Source of the DNA: Candidatus Poribacteria bacterium
GTDB taxonomy: Bacteria > Poribacteria > WGA-4E > WGA-3G
Assembly: GCA_022825665.1 (NCBI GenBank)
Contig: JAJDWI010000010.1
Coordinates: 96,154 to 160,153, forward strand
Length of the DNA: 64,000 bases
Direction of reading: 5' to 3'
Shown: positions 31,378 through 41,650 of the stretch, piece after piece
Position numbering within the stretch: position 1 is the stretch's first letter
Layout of the letters: each line of letters opens with the position of its first letter
Position numbers and translations under genes: made by a program
Notes under the pieces: model-generated
What the model was told of the DNA's origin: nothing
The model's input: only the letters and a program-made list of their open reading frames with translations
The model's database searches: none

Positions 31378-32621
31378 AAATTGCTATTGCAGCTTGGGGT
31401 ACAACTGGGGATGTCTATCCTCTTTTGGCACTGGCTGAATGTTTGATTGAGAGAGAACATCAGATACGCGTATGTGCTCCATCCATCTACCAGGAGAAGA
31501 TTACTCAGATAGGAGCAGACTTTTATGAAGTAGGGAACGCTTTTGTGTTAGATGAATTTCACAAAACTATGGACACAATGATTGCGATGCGCGATCCTAT
31601 GGCTACACTCCTGTTCATAGCTAAGGAAGGGATTCTGCGTCGCGGAGAAAAGTGGCATTACGACTGCCTTGAAGCGATGAAAGGATATGACTTAGTAATA
31701 TGCCATTCCGTAGACATTCCCGCACAAGAAGCTGCCATCAAGAATGGTATTCCGTGGCATACTGTAACATATTGTCCTGGTTTTATAAAGACGCCAGATA
31801 ATCCACCATATCCGTTTCCTAATTGGAATCGGACGTTCAACAGCCTCGTATGGTGGTTGGTAAGGTTAAGGCTCAAATATTCTGTTGATCCGCTTTTCAA
31901 TCAGTTTATCGTCTCTATCGGTGGGAAACCGAGGGCTTTTATGGCTTCTGACGAAATTTATTCACCATATATGAATCTCATTGCTGCATCCCCATCTATA
32001 TGTCCTCCTGCTAATTTAACACCAAACCATAAATATACAGGTATTTGGCATCTTGCACAACCCGATTACAAACCACCAACAGAACTCACGGAATTTTTAG
32101 CAGACGGCACCCCACCTATCGTTATTACGTTTGGGTCGATGGGAGGAAGTGATGGGAAAAAAACAACGGAAATCCTGATTGACGCTATCAGAATGATAGA
32201 TCAACGTGCAATTATCCAAGCAGGTTGGGGTTTGTTAGGCACACAAGATATGATACCAAATATTTATTGCACAGAATATGTGCCACATCGGTGGTTATTT
32301 CCGCAGGCGCGTTGCGTTGTGCATCACGGTGGTGCTGGTACAACAGCATCAGTTTGTCGTGCCAAAGTGCCATCAGTCGTTGTGCCACATATCTCGGATC
32401 AATTCTATTGGGGAAAGTTACTTTATGACTTGGGTGTTGCACCGAAGAGTCTACCTCGACGTAAACTCACTCCTGAACGTCTTGCCCAACGGATTGAGAA
32501 AGTATTAGAAACTCCTTCAATGACTGACCAAGCAAAGAAAATCGGTAGTCAGATGGAATCTGAAGATGGTTTAACTACAGCGGTAAATCTGATAGAATCT
32601 TATCCTATTTCTGAGCAATGA
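31374..32621 (+). CDS. GT1 (MGT/UDP-glycosyltransferase-like, GT28 C-terminal type) glycosyltransferase
   Basis: MKIAIAAWGTTGDVYPLLALAE N-terminus and HHGGAGTTASVCRAKVPSVVVPHISDQFYWG C-terminal nucleotide-sugar-binding motif. The ATG at 31374 overlaps the upstream stop (ATGA); the track ORF begins at 31335. Confidence 0.75.
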   Translation: MKIAIAAWGTTGDVYPLLALAECLIEREHQIRVCAPSIYQEKITQIGADFYEVGNAFVLDEFHKTMDTMIAMRDPMATLLFIAKEGILRRGEKWHYDCLEAMKGYDLVICHSVDIPAQEAAIKNGIPWHTVTYCPGFIKTPDNPPYPFPNWNRTFNSLVWWLVRLRLKYSVDPLFNQFIVSIGGKPRAFMASDEIYSPYMNLIAASPSICPPANLTPNHKYTGIWHLAQPDYKPPTELTEFLADGTPPIVITFGSMGGSDGKKTTEILIDAIRMIDQRAIIQAGWGLLGTQDMIPNIYCTEYVPHRWLFPQARCVVHHGGAGTTASVCRAKVPSVVVPHISDQFYWGKLLYDLGVAPKSLPRRKLTPERLAQRIEKVLETPSMTDQAKKIGSQMESEDGLTTAVNLIESYPISEQ

Positions 32622-33586
32622 AAAAGATCCTTGTTTTCAGTTTCAGTTTTATCGGTGATGCAGTTCTTTCCACCACCGTTATCCAACCCCTACGATCACA
32701 TTACTCAGATACCCATATTACCTTCCTGACTGGTCCGAGTCCTTATAATCTTCTTGCCAAGGATCCCCAAATTGATACTATCCTTGTTTACGACAACCGA
32801 GGTGAACATGCAGGATTCAACGGACGGATAAAACTTATCAAATCATTACGTCGTGAGAAATATGACCTTGTTGTAAATCTACGGGATAGCTTCATAGCGA
32901 GATGTATCGGTGCGGAACATTGGGGATTGGCGCGTGGGGAAAGGGAACGGCATGCTGTTACCCGATATCTTGAAGTTCTGAGCAGGCACGGAATTGATAC
33001 GACAGATGCTCATCCTCAACTACAATTGACTGAGACTGAACAGGTTACGGCTAACCGTTTTCTTAAGGAATCAGGTGTTAAGTCAGAAAGGTTGCTTATC
33101 GGCATTCACCCCGGTGGAAATTGGGAGTACAAGTTATGGCATGCAGAAAAGTATGCACAACTTTCAAACAATTTGCAGAGAGAACAGAACGCCTCAGTTT
33201 TACTATTCACAGGTCCAAATGAACGAAAACTTCAAGCACAGGTTGCGGAAAAGATGAGCAACCCTCCGATTCTTATCAACACACCGAATTTACGAGAGGT
33301 AGCAGCATTGATTGCTGCCTGTGATGTCTACATAGGTAACGATACGGGACCGATGCACATTGCTGCTGCTGTGGGAACGCCTGTCGTTGCGCTTTTTGGG
33401 TCAACGAATCACATTCGTAGCGGTCCTTACGGAGATAAACATAAGGTAGTGCAGAGTGGAATGAATTTAGGGTGTAATCCGTGTCATCCCGGACGGAATC
33501 CTGGAGGTTGCGGTGCTGGCAGCTGTGCTGTGATTGATGGGATTACGGTGGAACAAGTGTTGGAGGTAATGTCCCTTTACGGATAG
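32618..33586 (+). CDS. Glycosyltransferase family 9, second copy, with a Cys-rich C-terminal tail
   Basis: FSFSFIGDAVLSTTVIQPL...YIGNDTGPMHIAAAVGTPVVALFGSTN; C-terminal GCNPCHPGRNPGGCGAGSC. Start overlaps the upstream stop (ATGA). Confidence 0.8.
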   Translation: MKKILVFSFSFIGDAVLSTTVIQPLRSHYSDTHITFLTGPSPYNLLAKDPQIDTILVYDNRGEHAGFNGRIKLIKSLRREKYDLVVNLRDSFIARCIGAEHWGLARGERERHAVTRYLEVLSRHGIDTTDAHPQLQLTETEQVTANRFLKESGVKSERLLIGIHPGGNWEYKLWHAEKYAQLSNNLQREQNASVLLFTGPNERKLQAQVAEKMSNPPILINTPNLREVAALIAACDVYIGNDTGPMHIAAAVGTPVVALFGSTNHIRSGPYGDKHKVVQSGMNLGCNPCHPGRNPGGCGAGSCAVIDGITVEQVLEVMSLYG

Positions 33587-33674
33587 GTTATTTACCGTAA
33601 TAAACAAATCCACCGACTATTATCCCTACCAAACTCAAGTATTGAAAACGGATTGAGTTTAGACAATCTATCTA

Positions 33675-35297
33675 TCAATTTCTACCTGCTTTCAATCGGA
33701 TATCTCCTGCGGATGTACGCAATTTCAGCAGTTTTCCTCCTCCTTTGATGGTTCCACGTATCCTATTTTTTCTAATATCATTTCCTTGTACTAAGAAATC
33801 TGTAGATACCTTTCCTGCACTTGTTCGTGCGTCTATCGTTGCTGCAAGTATAGAAGGGAGAACGAAAACTATATCACCATCAGATGACTGCAATTTCCAT
33901 TCCTGTTTAGGTTGGGTTAAGGTTTCTGCGCGGATATCCCCTGATGAAGTTTTTACATCAACTTTACCTTGGCAACTTTCCAAAGCGATATCACCAGCAG
34001 AAGATCTGCCGAAGATAGGACCTTTAACTTTGACAAGTCGTAAATCACCTGACGAGGTTTGAGTGTTAACTGTCCCCACTACATTCTTAACTATTACGTC
34101 ACCAGCAGAACTTTGTGTATATACCTTTCCAGTAACACCTTCTATGGAAAGATCACCTGACTGTGTGCTTAAGTCAACATCGTATTGTTGAGGCACCGTT
34201 ACCTGAAAGCGAATTTTCAAATCATGCAGTTGACTAAGCCAGTAGTTTCGACCTTTCTCAAATTCACCTTTAATGGTTAGATCGGGTCCTTTTTTATTGA
34301 ATGTCACCTTAAAATCGTCAAGTGTCTCTTGAGAAAATACTAAGTCATTTCTGGCATCTTTAATAATTATCACTTTTGCCACGTCTTGTGCAACTGATTG
34401 TACGTCAATATCACCAATTTCCGTATCAATAGTTAATTGTCCACCAGCATTTATATCGAAAGTTTTTTCAATCCTGTTTGAGTCTGATTTCCGCTGTTCT
34501 GTTTTGTTCCCCAGTAAATGAGAATTGTCAGAATCGATTTTTGAAAATTCTATTAGTTTTTTTATAATATTTGAGGATACTGCAAAGGAACTGCCATCTA
34601 TTTTGATATTATTATCACTAATTCTTATTCCGCTGGGACTTTTTGTTATTTGGATTGCCATGTTATCCTTACTCTTTCCGCGAGAGATGACTAAGTTTCC
34701 ATCATCGTATACAAATCCAGTATTTAACTCAGTAAATTCCATAAAAATCCCTATTACTTCACCTTTGCTATTGAGTAAGGGTCCGCCAATATTCTTCTGA
34801 GAAATCTCATTAGAAACCCGAATATACATACCGTTTTTTGAGTTGCCCTTTACAATGCCTTTTTCTAACACAGGTTTTGAAGGATCGCTAACAGAATAGA
34901 CTGTTCCACTATGATGTGTTTTATTGCTGATTGGAAGGGGGTTGGCACTGGGAATTGAGACATTCAAGAGTACTAAATTGTAGATTTTATTGGGAACTGA
35001 GATACCATTAATACGATATCTTATTCTTTTGCCAACGAGTTTAACATAAACATCAACACCCTTTGGTAAAGGAGTATAGTCTTTTAGGTTGGAAATATGG
35101 GTTACCACTTGACTATCGGAAACGAAAAACCCTAATCCACGTGAAAATGTTTTACTTTGTGAATTATCTATGTCTATTGCGACAATAGAATTTAGTGATT
35201 GCTTTACTGCATTGGGTGTGTTTTGTGCGTATCCAATTTCAGTTATGCTGGTTAGTAAAAACATTAGAACTGTGAGGGTCAACATTATATGTTTCAT
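33675..35297 (-). CDS. Secreted trypsin-fold (HtrA-like) pseudo-protease fused to a DUF4097 beta-helix (putative adhesin) domain
   Basis: Signal peptide. GLGFFVSDSQVVTHIS (His retained). NLVLLNV where HtrA has D[IL]A[LV]LK (Asp->Asn). NIGGPLLNSKGEVIGIF where HtrA has GNSGGPL (Ser->Ile). The C-terminal ~280 aa carry repeated TSSGDI/SSAGDI beta-strand motifs typical of DUF4097/DUF4098. Confidence 0.6.
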   Translation of the reverse strand: MKHIMLTLTVLMFLLTSITEIGYAQNTPNAVKQSLNSIVAIDIDNSQSKTFSRGLGFFVSDSQVVTHISNLKDYTPLPKGVDVYVKLVGKRIRYRINGISVPNKIYNLVLLNVSIPSANPLPISNKTHHSGTVYSVSDPSKPVLEKGIVKGNSKNGMYIRVSNEISQKNIGGPLLNSKGEVIGIFMEFTELNTGFVYDDGNLVISRGKSKDNMAIQITKSPSGIRISDNNIKIDGSSFAVSSNIIKKLIEFSKIDSDNSHLLGNKTEQRKSDSNRIEKTFDINAGGQLTIDTEIGDIDVQSVAQDVAKVIIIKDARNDLVFSQETLDDFKVTFNKKGPDLTIKGEFEKGRNYWLSQLHDLKIRFQVTVPQQYDVDLSTQSGDLSIEGVTGKVYTQSSAGDVIVKNVVGTVNTQTSSGDLRLVKVKGPIFGRSSAGDIALESCQGKVDVKTSSGDIRAETLTQPKQEWKLQSSDGDIVFVLPSILAATIDARTSAGKVSTDFLVQGNDIRKNRIRGTIKGGGKLLKLRTSAGDIRLKAGRN

Positions 35298-35310
35298 ATC
35301 AAACTCCTTT

Positions 35311-37542
35311 TTAAAAATGTGTTTTCTGTCTCTGTAACCGCAGACTATTTAGAACAACAGACACACTACTAAACGCCATTGCAAACGCTGCAAGCATTGG
35401 ATGCAACTGACGGAACATTGACGGTAGGAATTCAAACGGAAACAATACACCCGCTGCAACTGGTATCAACAACACATTATAGAAAAATGCCCAAAAAAGA
35501 TTCTGTTTAATCGTGCGGAGCGTGGCACGACTAAGACGGATAGCATCAGGAATAGCGCGAAGTTCTCCATGCATTAAGGTCAAATCGGCTGTTTCCATAG
35601 CAATATCAGTACCCGTTCCGAGTGCCATTCCGACATCAGCTTGTGCTAATGCAGGTGCGTCGTTGATACCGTCTCCCACCATCGCCACGAAGCCAGCTGT
35701 TTCTTCCTGTGCTTTTTTTACCGCAGCTGCTTTATCTTCAGGAAGCAGTTCCGCCATAACATCGGTAATCCCAACGGTTTTTGCGATTGCATTTGCTGTG
35801 TTTTGATTGTCTCCAGTCATCATTGAAACTTGACATCCGAGTTGTCGGAGTTCAGCTACAGCAGTGTTTGCCCCCGATTTGACCGTATCCGCGACTGCAA
35901 TAAGTCCACTAATTTTTGAATCTATGGCAACCCACAACACTGTTTTAGCTTCTGATTGTAGCCGTTCTGCGTCTCTTTCAAAATCACTTACCGATATTTC
36001 GTGTTGTTCCATAAGGGACAAGTTACCAATAATTATGTTTTTCTCTTCAAGTTGTGCGATGATACCGTTGCCAGCAACGGCAGTGAATTCTGTTGGAACG
36101 GTAGTCTCAATTTCTCGTTCATTGGCAGTAATTACAATCGCTTTACCGATGGGATGTTCGCTGCCCCGTTCCGCGGAAGCTGCCAATTGAAGCAATCGAT
36201 TCTCATCTCCATCATCTACAATAATGTCAGTCACTGTCAGTTGTCCTTGTGTTAATGTGCCAGTTTTATCAAGAACAATTCGAGACAATGCACCAACATG
36301 TTCTAACGCCTCACTGTTCCTAAACAGGATACCGCGATGTGCGCCTATCCCAGTGCTGACCATAATTGCCGTCGGTGTAGCAAGTCCTAAGGCACATGGA
36401 CACGCAATAACCAACACTGCGACCAATCGGAGCATCGCAGGCGTAAATCCTTCTCCAATGAGAAACCACCACACGAGGAACGTCAAAATAGAGATGCCCA
36501 ATACGACAGGAACAAAAACACTTGCGACTGCATCTGCAGTACGTTGAATTGGTGCTTTGCTCTGCTGCGTCGCCTGAACCAACTGTACAAGTCTTGCAAG
36601 TGATGTCTCAGAACCAACGCGCGTTGCCTCAATAGTTAGCATTCCGCTTTTATTTATCGTGGCACTTGCTACTGTGTCGTTTACAGTCTTATCAACAGGG
36701 ACGCTTTCCCCGGTGAACAGACTTTCATCAACAGCACTTGAACCTTCAGTCACGACACCATCAACGGGAATACTTTCTCCTGGACGCACGAGGAGTAAAT
36801 CCCCCACGACTACCTGTTCAATTGGGATATTTTGTTCCTCTCCATACATTAAGACACACGCTGTTTTTGGAGAGAGTCGCATCAGTTTTTTGAGTGCAGC
36901 ACTTGTTTGTCCTTTGGCACGTGCCTCTAAGAATTTACCCAGTTTTATGAGCGTGATGATGACTGCAGCCGTTTCAAAATATACATGTGTTCCGATACCT
37001 TGTAGGTTAATTATAGGCGCACACATGACCATAACGCTATAGAGAAACGCAACAGACGAACCCATTGCGACAAGGACATCCATATTGGCTGTGCGATTAC
37101 GCAACGACTTTGCACTACCGACGTAATAGTCCCAACCGACATAGAGTTGCACTGGAAGTGCCAGGGCAAACATTACCCAGTTGACCCAAGTTCCATGTGC
37201 CCACGCACCGATTACATCCATATCTCTACCCATGCTGAGTATGAATAGTGGGAGTGTAAAAAGTAAGCCAACAGTGAACTGCACCTTTTGTCGGTTAAGT
37301 TCTTCAGCACGTGCGGTTGCTTCAGAATCAGCATCAACAACGTCAAATCCGAGGGATCGAATTTTGTCAATGATCGTGTCTTCACTAAGCGCAGACGAAT
37401 TATAGGTTACTGCCGCCTGCTCTGTTGCAATGCTGACATCTGCAGCAAGAATACCCTCCATCTCTGTGAGATTTCGGGTAATAGTGATTGCACAGTTTTC
37501 ACAATGCATTCCTGTTATGGGAAGAGTAACTTGAGTTGACAT
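35311..37542 (-). CDS. copA: Heavy-metal (Cu+-type, P1B-1) translocating P-type ATPase
   Basis: N-terminal HMA domain (GMHCENC), TM CPC motif (IACPCALG), [17 protein letters not shown], and the MxxSS motif ([12 protein letters not shown]). Confidence 0.88.
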   Translation of the reverse strand: MSTQVTLPITGMHCENCAITITRNLTEMEGILAADVSIATEQAAVTYNSSALSEDTIIDKIRSLGFDVVDADSEATARAEELNRQKVQFTVGLLFTLPLFILSMGRDMDVIGAWAHGTWVNWVMFALALPVQLYVGWDYYVGSAKSLRNRTANMDVLVAMGSSVAFLYSVMVMCAPIINLQGIGTHVYFETAAVIITLIKLGKFLEARAKGQTSAALKKLMRLSPKTACVLMYGEEQNIPIEQVVVGDLLLVRPGESIPVDGVVTEGSSAVDESLFTGESVPVDKTVNDTVASATINKSGMLTIEATRVGSETSLARLVQLVQATQQSKAPIQRTADAVASVFVPVVLGISILTFLVWWFLIGEGFTPAMLRLVAVLVIACPCALGLATPTAIMVSTGIGAHRGILFRNSEALEHVGALSRIVLDKTGTLTQGQLTVTDIIVDDGDENRLLQLAASAERGSEHPIGKAIVITANEREIETTVPTEFTAVAGNGIIAQLEEKNIIIGNLSLMEQHEISVSDFERDAERLQSEAKTVLWVAIDSKISGLIAVADTVKSGANTAVAELRQLGCQVSMMTGDNQNTANAIAKTVGITDVMAELLPEDKAAAVKKAQEETAGFVAMVGDGINDAPALAQADVGMALGTGTDIAMETADLTLMHGELRAIPDAIRLSRATLRTIKQNLFWAFFYNVLLIPVAAGVLFPFEFLPSMFRQLHPMLAAFAMAFSSVSVVLNSLRLQRQKTHF

Positions 37543-37566
37543 TTGTATTCCAACAGTAATTTGTGT

Positions 37567-38535
37567 CTACGTCAGATGTATCGGATCACCAGTTTCCAAA
37601 GATTGATTCGCTGCGATAGATAATATTGCGGTTTTCGCGGCATCAGCATACGGAGACCGTATTGCACTACCATCACCTGATCGGACTGCATCAATGAAAG
37701 TGCTATCCATGTCAATTGTACAGTTATTTTTAGGTTCCCATCGTTCTGTCTCTTCACCAGTAGACAAGACCAGTGCCCTCCGTAGATGGTATTCGAGTGA
37801 ACCATCTTCACAAAAGATATCTAATCCAGAACGGCGGAGTCCTTTCGTTGTAAAGCAGGCAGAGAACATAATGCCAAATACTCCACTCTCAAATTGCAAA
37901 GAAACTGCAGACGCTTCTTCAATATCGTAATCAGTATCAGGAATCAGATCGTATCTTGCGACAGCATAGACGGTATTGACTTCACCGAACAGGTAGCGAG
38001 CCATGTCGAATTCGTGTGTCGTCTGTTCCATGAGTTGCCCACCAGATTTTGCCTTGTCACGCCACCATCCACCGGGCATGCCACCCATCCAGTATCCCAT
38101 GAAAAACCCAACGCGCCGTGAAGCAAGTAGTTCTTGCGCTTTGTCAATAATATCCAGATAACGTTCCTGATAACCACAAGCAGTTATGATACCTTTGTCC
38201 TCAATTTGTGCAGCGATCTCCATTGCATCGTCGGCATCCATGTGGACAGGTTTTTCAACGAACATCGGGAGTCCTGCTGCAACAACAGCCTTATCAGGTG
38301 CACCGTGTGCAAACGGTGGAATTGAAATGTAGACTGCATCCAATTCCTCTTTTGCAAGCATTTCGTTATAATCCGAGTATGCTTTACCACCATATTGCTC
38401 AACGGCACGTTCTGCTTTTTCAACTACAATATCACAGAAAGCGATGAACGTGTTGCCGCCAATTTGGGTTAATTCCCGCAAGTGACGATTCATGTTGCCA
38501 CCTGTACCGATGAAACCTAATCTTACGTCTGACAT
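37567..38535 (-). CDS. Gfo/Idh/MocA-family NAD(P)-dependent oxidoreductase
   Basis: RLGFIGTGGNMNRHL Rossmann motif and AVYISIPPFAHG. Confidence 0.8.
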   Translation of the reverse strand: MSDVRLGFIGTGGNMNRHLRELTQIGGNTFIAFCDIVVEKAERAVEQYGGKAYSDYNEMLAKEELDAVYISIPPFAHGAPDKAVVAAGLPMFVEKPVHMDADDAMEIAAQIEDKGIITACGYQERYLDIIDKAQELLASRRVGFFMGYWMGGMPGGWWRDKAKSGGQLMEQTTHEFDMARYLFGEVNTVYAVARYDLIPDTDYDIEEASAVSLQFESGVFGIMFSACFTTKGLRRSGLDIFCEDGSLEYHLRRALVLSTGEETERWEPKNNCTIDMDSTFIDAVRSGDGSAIRSPYADAAKTAILSIAANQSLETGDPIHLT

Positions 38536-38642
38536 AAAATCTCCTATATGAAAATGTGATTGTATTCGTGATCCGTGTGTTAAGGATAATTAATGATGTA
38601 GGACTTAGCAAGAACTATAATGTTCTACATGTAACAGTTATT

Positions 38643-39590
38643 TTACCATTCAAAAACAGTTCCAAGCAAACGCATCGGTTCATCTCGGAGCCAGTTGTAT
38701 ATCTGTGATGCATCGTTGACGTTTACCCGGTGGCGAATTAGAGGTGCGATGTTGACAGATCCCTGCTGAAGAAGACGACATAGATTATCCAGATCGTCGC
38801 GTGTAAAATGACTGCAGTGGAGTATACTAACCTCCTTAAATTGACCTACGTTGAAGGTATAGTTAACATCAAATCTACCAGCGACTAAGAGCAGCCTTCC
38901 ACGCGTTTTGCATGCACGTATCATCGGGGTGACCATATCTACTGCACCAGCGAAATCCATTACAGCATCATAAACACCTTCTCCAATTTGCCTATTCCAA
39001 CCATCACCGCTTGTGTTGAAAACATGTTCTGCTACACCGAGTTGGCGTACTTGTTCTAATCGGGATTCATCAATGTCACACACGGAAACGCGTGCTCCCA
39101 TTGCATTTGCAATCTGTGCGGCAAACATACCGATACATCCTTGACCGACAATGAGGACTTTTTCTCCGATACGCGGATCAACTCTACGACAGCAGTGCAT
39201 CGCTACACCCGAAATACCGAATAATGCTGCTTCAGCAGGATCAACGCCGTCGGGTAATTTCAACAGTAACCCGTTTTCCTGAATAGTAAAACGTTCAACA
39301 TGATCAACGCTTGCGTAAATGAGGTCATCCACCTGAAGTTGTGTTACATCAGGTCCTGTTTCAATAACACGTCCTACGTTTTGATATCCACCTCCACTGG
39401 GTAGATTTTCATCTGATGGTGCGTAGTTACCACCTATGAGTTGATTACGTTCAGTGCCGTTTGTTAATCCTGTAAAGACTGCTTCACACAACACCTCATT
39501 TCGAACAGGTGGTGCAGGTTCTTTCCAATCGGTGACGAGTCCTTTTTCGCGCCGTTTGTCAGGTAATAATTTTATGACAAGTGCTCTCAA
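38643..39590 (-). CDS. Medium-chain dehydrogenase/reductase (zinc-ADH-like) oxidoreductase
   Basis: VLIVGQGCIGMFAAQIANAMGARVSVCD Rossmann motif and the MDR-like N-terminal catalytic domain. Confidence 0.7.
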   Translation of the reverse strand: MRALVIKLLPDKRREKGLVTDWKEPAPPVRNEVLCEAVFTGLTNGTERNQLIGGNYAPSDENLPSGGGYQNVGRVIETGPDVTQLQVDDLIYASVDHVERFTIQENGLLLKLPDGVDPAEAALFGISGVAMHCCRRVDPRIGEKVLIVGQGCIGMFAAQIANAMGARVSVCDIDESRLEQVRQLGVAEHVFNTSGDGWNRQIGEGVYDAVMDFAGAVDMVTPMIRACKTRGRLLLVAGRFDVNYTFNVGQFKEVSILHCSHFTRDDLDNLCRLLQQGSVNIAPLIRHRVNVNDASQIYNWLRDEPMRLLGTVFEW

Positions 39591-39705
39591 AGTATATTAA
39601 CTCCTACAGCGAAGTAATAAAAATAAGGTGAGTTCGATAAATCAACACTAATATCTCCATAGGTTGTGTTTCGTCCCTCAACCATAAGCACCAATTTAGT
39701 GCATC

Positions 39706-39775
39706 TGATACACCTGTCGCCTCTCCGAGGCTTTAGCATAACTTATCTCAGCACAACGGTGCAGAAGGTGTATAG
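39706..39775. repeat. BIME-like composite of two inverted REP-like elements (same family as 3808-3884 and 48259-48431)
   Basis: ctgatacacctgtcgcctctccgaggc (reverse orientation) ... gcacaacggtgcagaaggtgtatag (forward). The same composite with the same internal linker (tttagcaWARCWtatctcagcac) recurs at 48311-48381. Confidence 0.55.
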
Positions 39776-39952
39776 TATAAAATCAGTCGGACCAAGGAAC
39801 TATTGCAAAAGACTCAACCTAACCTACAGTGGTAATTGGATTTAATTATTGAACTCACGTTAATAATAGACAATACCGTTGCGTTCTTCACATTATTAAC
39901 TTACCTTATTTTTGCTAACTTGTCAAGTTAGGATGTGCAGGGTTATTTAGTT

Positions 39953-40525
39953 TTAAAAACACTCAATTATCAAGTTAACTGCGAGTAAGGGTTTTGAAAC
40001 ATAATATTTTATCTTATCAACTATACTTGTAACTCCAGCAAATCTCAATACTGCTAATGCTGCATTTCGCAAAGCAGCCATAACCTGCGGAATAGCACCA
40101 CATCGGACAGAGGATGCGGCTTCTCCGAGTTGAGTATCGCGCATCCAATGCGACTTGTTTTCTATTGCCCAATGCCCACGGCGTAGTTCAAGTAAGTGTT
40201 GTGCAGAGGCTTCTTCGGGTGTCAGACTTGTTATACCATAGCTGACTTTAGTTTTTTCTTCTGCTGTGTTTGGGTTTTTGTGAATATAACGATATTGGAT
40301 CACCTGTGCTATCCCTGGCCAGTCCAGATATGCGTTGAGACTTGTGCTTGCTTTGATACACCTTGTCTCAACTCTCCCATGTGATTTTTCATAAGTTTCG
40401 TGCGTGTAAATAGGGTCTCCCAATAGAGGATGTGTCGTGTTCTCAGAAAGTGTATCAGGAACGCCTTGAAAAAGTTTTTGTATATCATCGTAAAGGTCGA
40501 GGTGGTTGTTTTTGACAGGGAGCAC
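39953..40525 (-). mobile_element. ISAs1-family (H-repeat-associated) DDE transposase, C-terminal ~190-aa fragment; the N-terminal half is missing
   Basis: ...LRRGHWAIENKSHWMRDTQLGEAASSVRCGAIPQVMAALRNAALAVL matches the conserved ISAs1 C-terminal block (HWxIENxLHWxLDVxFxED). Confidence 0.65.
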
Positions 40526-40686
40526 AACATAAGACCGATAACGATAAGTGCGAGGATTGACTTCAATGGATGTCGTTTTCCTTTATTGTTGCGAGGTCGG
40601 CACTTCTGCTAACATATCTATCAAGTGGCAAGATGGTTTTCTTGTCATTTTTCACCTCAAAATGGTGTAAGTTTTTAAGGTGAAAT

Positions 40687-40724
40687 ATAGCAGATATAGC
40701 GCGAAAAATCACGCTATATCTGCT
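40687..40724. repeat. Perfect 14-bp inverted repeat / hairpin upstream of the transposase remnant
   Basis: tagcagatatagcg-cgaaaaatca-cgctatatctgcta. Confidence 0.4.
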
Positions 40725-40957
40725 AATTCAAAAACAATAACGTTTGTGATAAAAAACAACCAAAATGCCTAAAACTAAATAACCCTGGTATATCGCAAAG
40801 TACCTCCAGTTATCAATATTAATCCTTCTTCTGTAGGAGCGATTTTTGATTTTTATTTTTGCATTTTTTGAACCAGGATTTTCAGGATTAGTTTTTTCTC
40901 AAATACATGTGCTTTCTCAGAATAGATGTCCTATTATGAATAAAATTGCTTCGAAAA

Positions 40958-41080
40958 AAACGTACCAAAAAAGGCTGTTTTTCGGTTTTTGGTTCGTTTT
41001 GAGATTCGGGTTTATACCAGTATGAAACTGGGTTTATAGGGTGGTACGATTTTTTTTGAAATTTTCATTTTGGTTCGTTT
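40958..41080 (+). repeat. ~125-bp MITE-like element, copy 1 (short aacgtac/gtacgtt inverted ends)
   Basis: About 80% identical to the reverse complement of 47987-48112, by manual alignment. Shared blocks: aaaaaggctgtttttcg, ttataccagt, gggtttatagg, tttgaaattttcattttggt. Confidence 0.55.
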
Positions 41081-41650
41081 TTCAATTTCAGTATTTTTTC
41101 ATATTCAGTCGTTAGTATTTAGATAATAATATTACATTAAAGTCCAGTGCGGTTAGGAAACCGCCAAATCAAGAAATCAACGGTATGAACAGAATCAACG
41201 CCACATGCCTATAGGCATCTATCGTCTTTTGGCGTTCTCTGGGTATGAATGCCTTTTGGCATTCCCCGCCTACCGGGTTTAGGTCCAAATTACCTAATTT
41301 ATTTTTTAATCTTCATGACCTTGCCCCTGCGGAATGTCCGAGGCGCAATGAATTGCGCGACTACGAACGGGTTTTTTGATTTAATAAATAGTTTTCATTT
41401 CGAAATGATGTTATAGTTTAACGGATAATGAGTTGTGGAGGATAGGTTATTAAGAGAGTGGAACAATATATATCCAATATGTTTTATGTGGATTTGGAAA
41501 ATTGGTGTTTTTTCTAAATCAGGATTTTCAGGATAAGAGGTTGATTCTACTGCGGAGGATTTTATTTGAAAACTGAATGGCTCTGGTAAATCGCAGGAGG
41601 ACTTAGTTTCCTGTTTGCGGTTATTCAACAGTTACAACACTTCTACAAAA

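Noticed and set aside
35513-37539. Numerous plus-strand ORFs (e.g. 35513-35806, 36224-36547, 36659-37042) opposite copA
   Set aside because: They are antisense to a full-length P-type ATPase with all canonical motifs. Their translations are Ala/Ser-rich artefacts of the complementary strand.
41395-41628. Track ORF 41395-41628 (-) of 77 aa, and ORF 47645-47854 (-)
   Set aside because: They are embedded in MITE and repeat DNA with no Shine-Dalgarno site and no conservation signal, so they are treated as non-coding.
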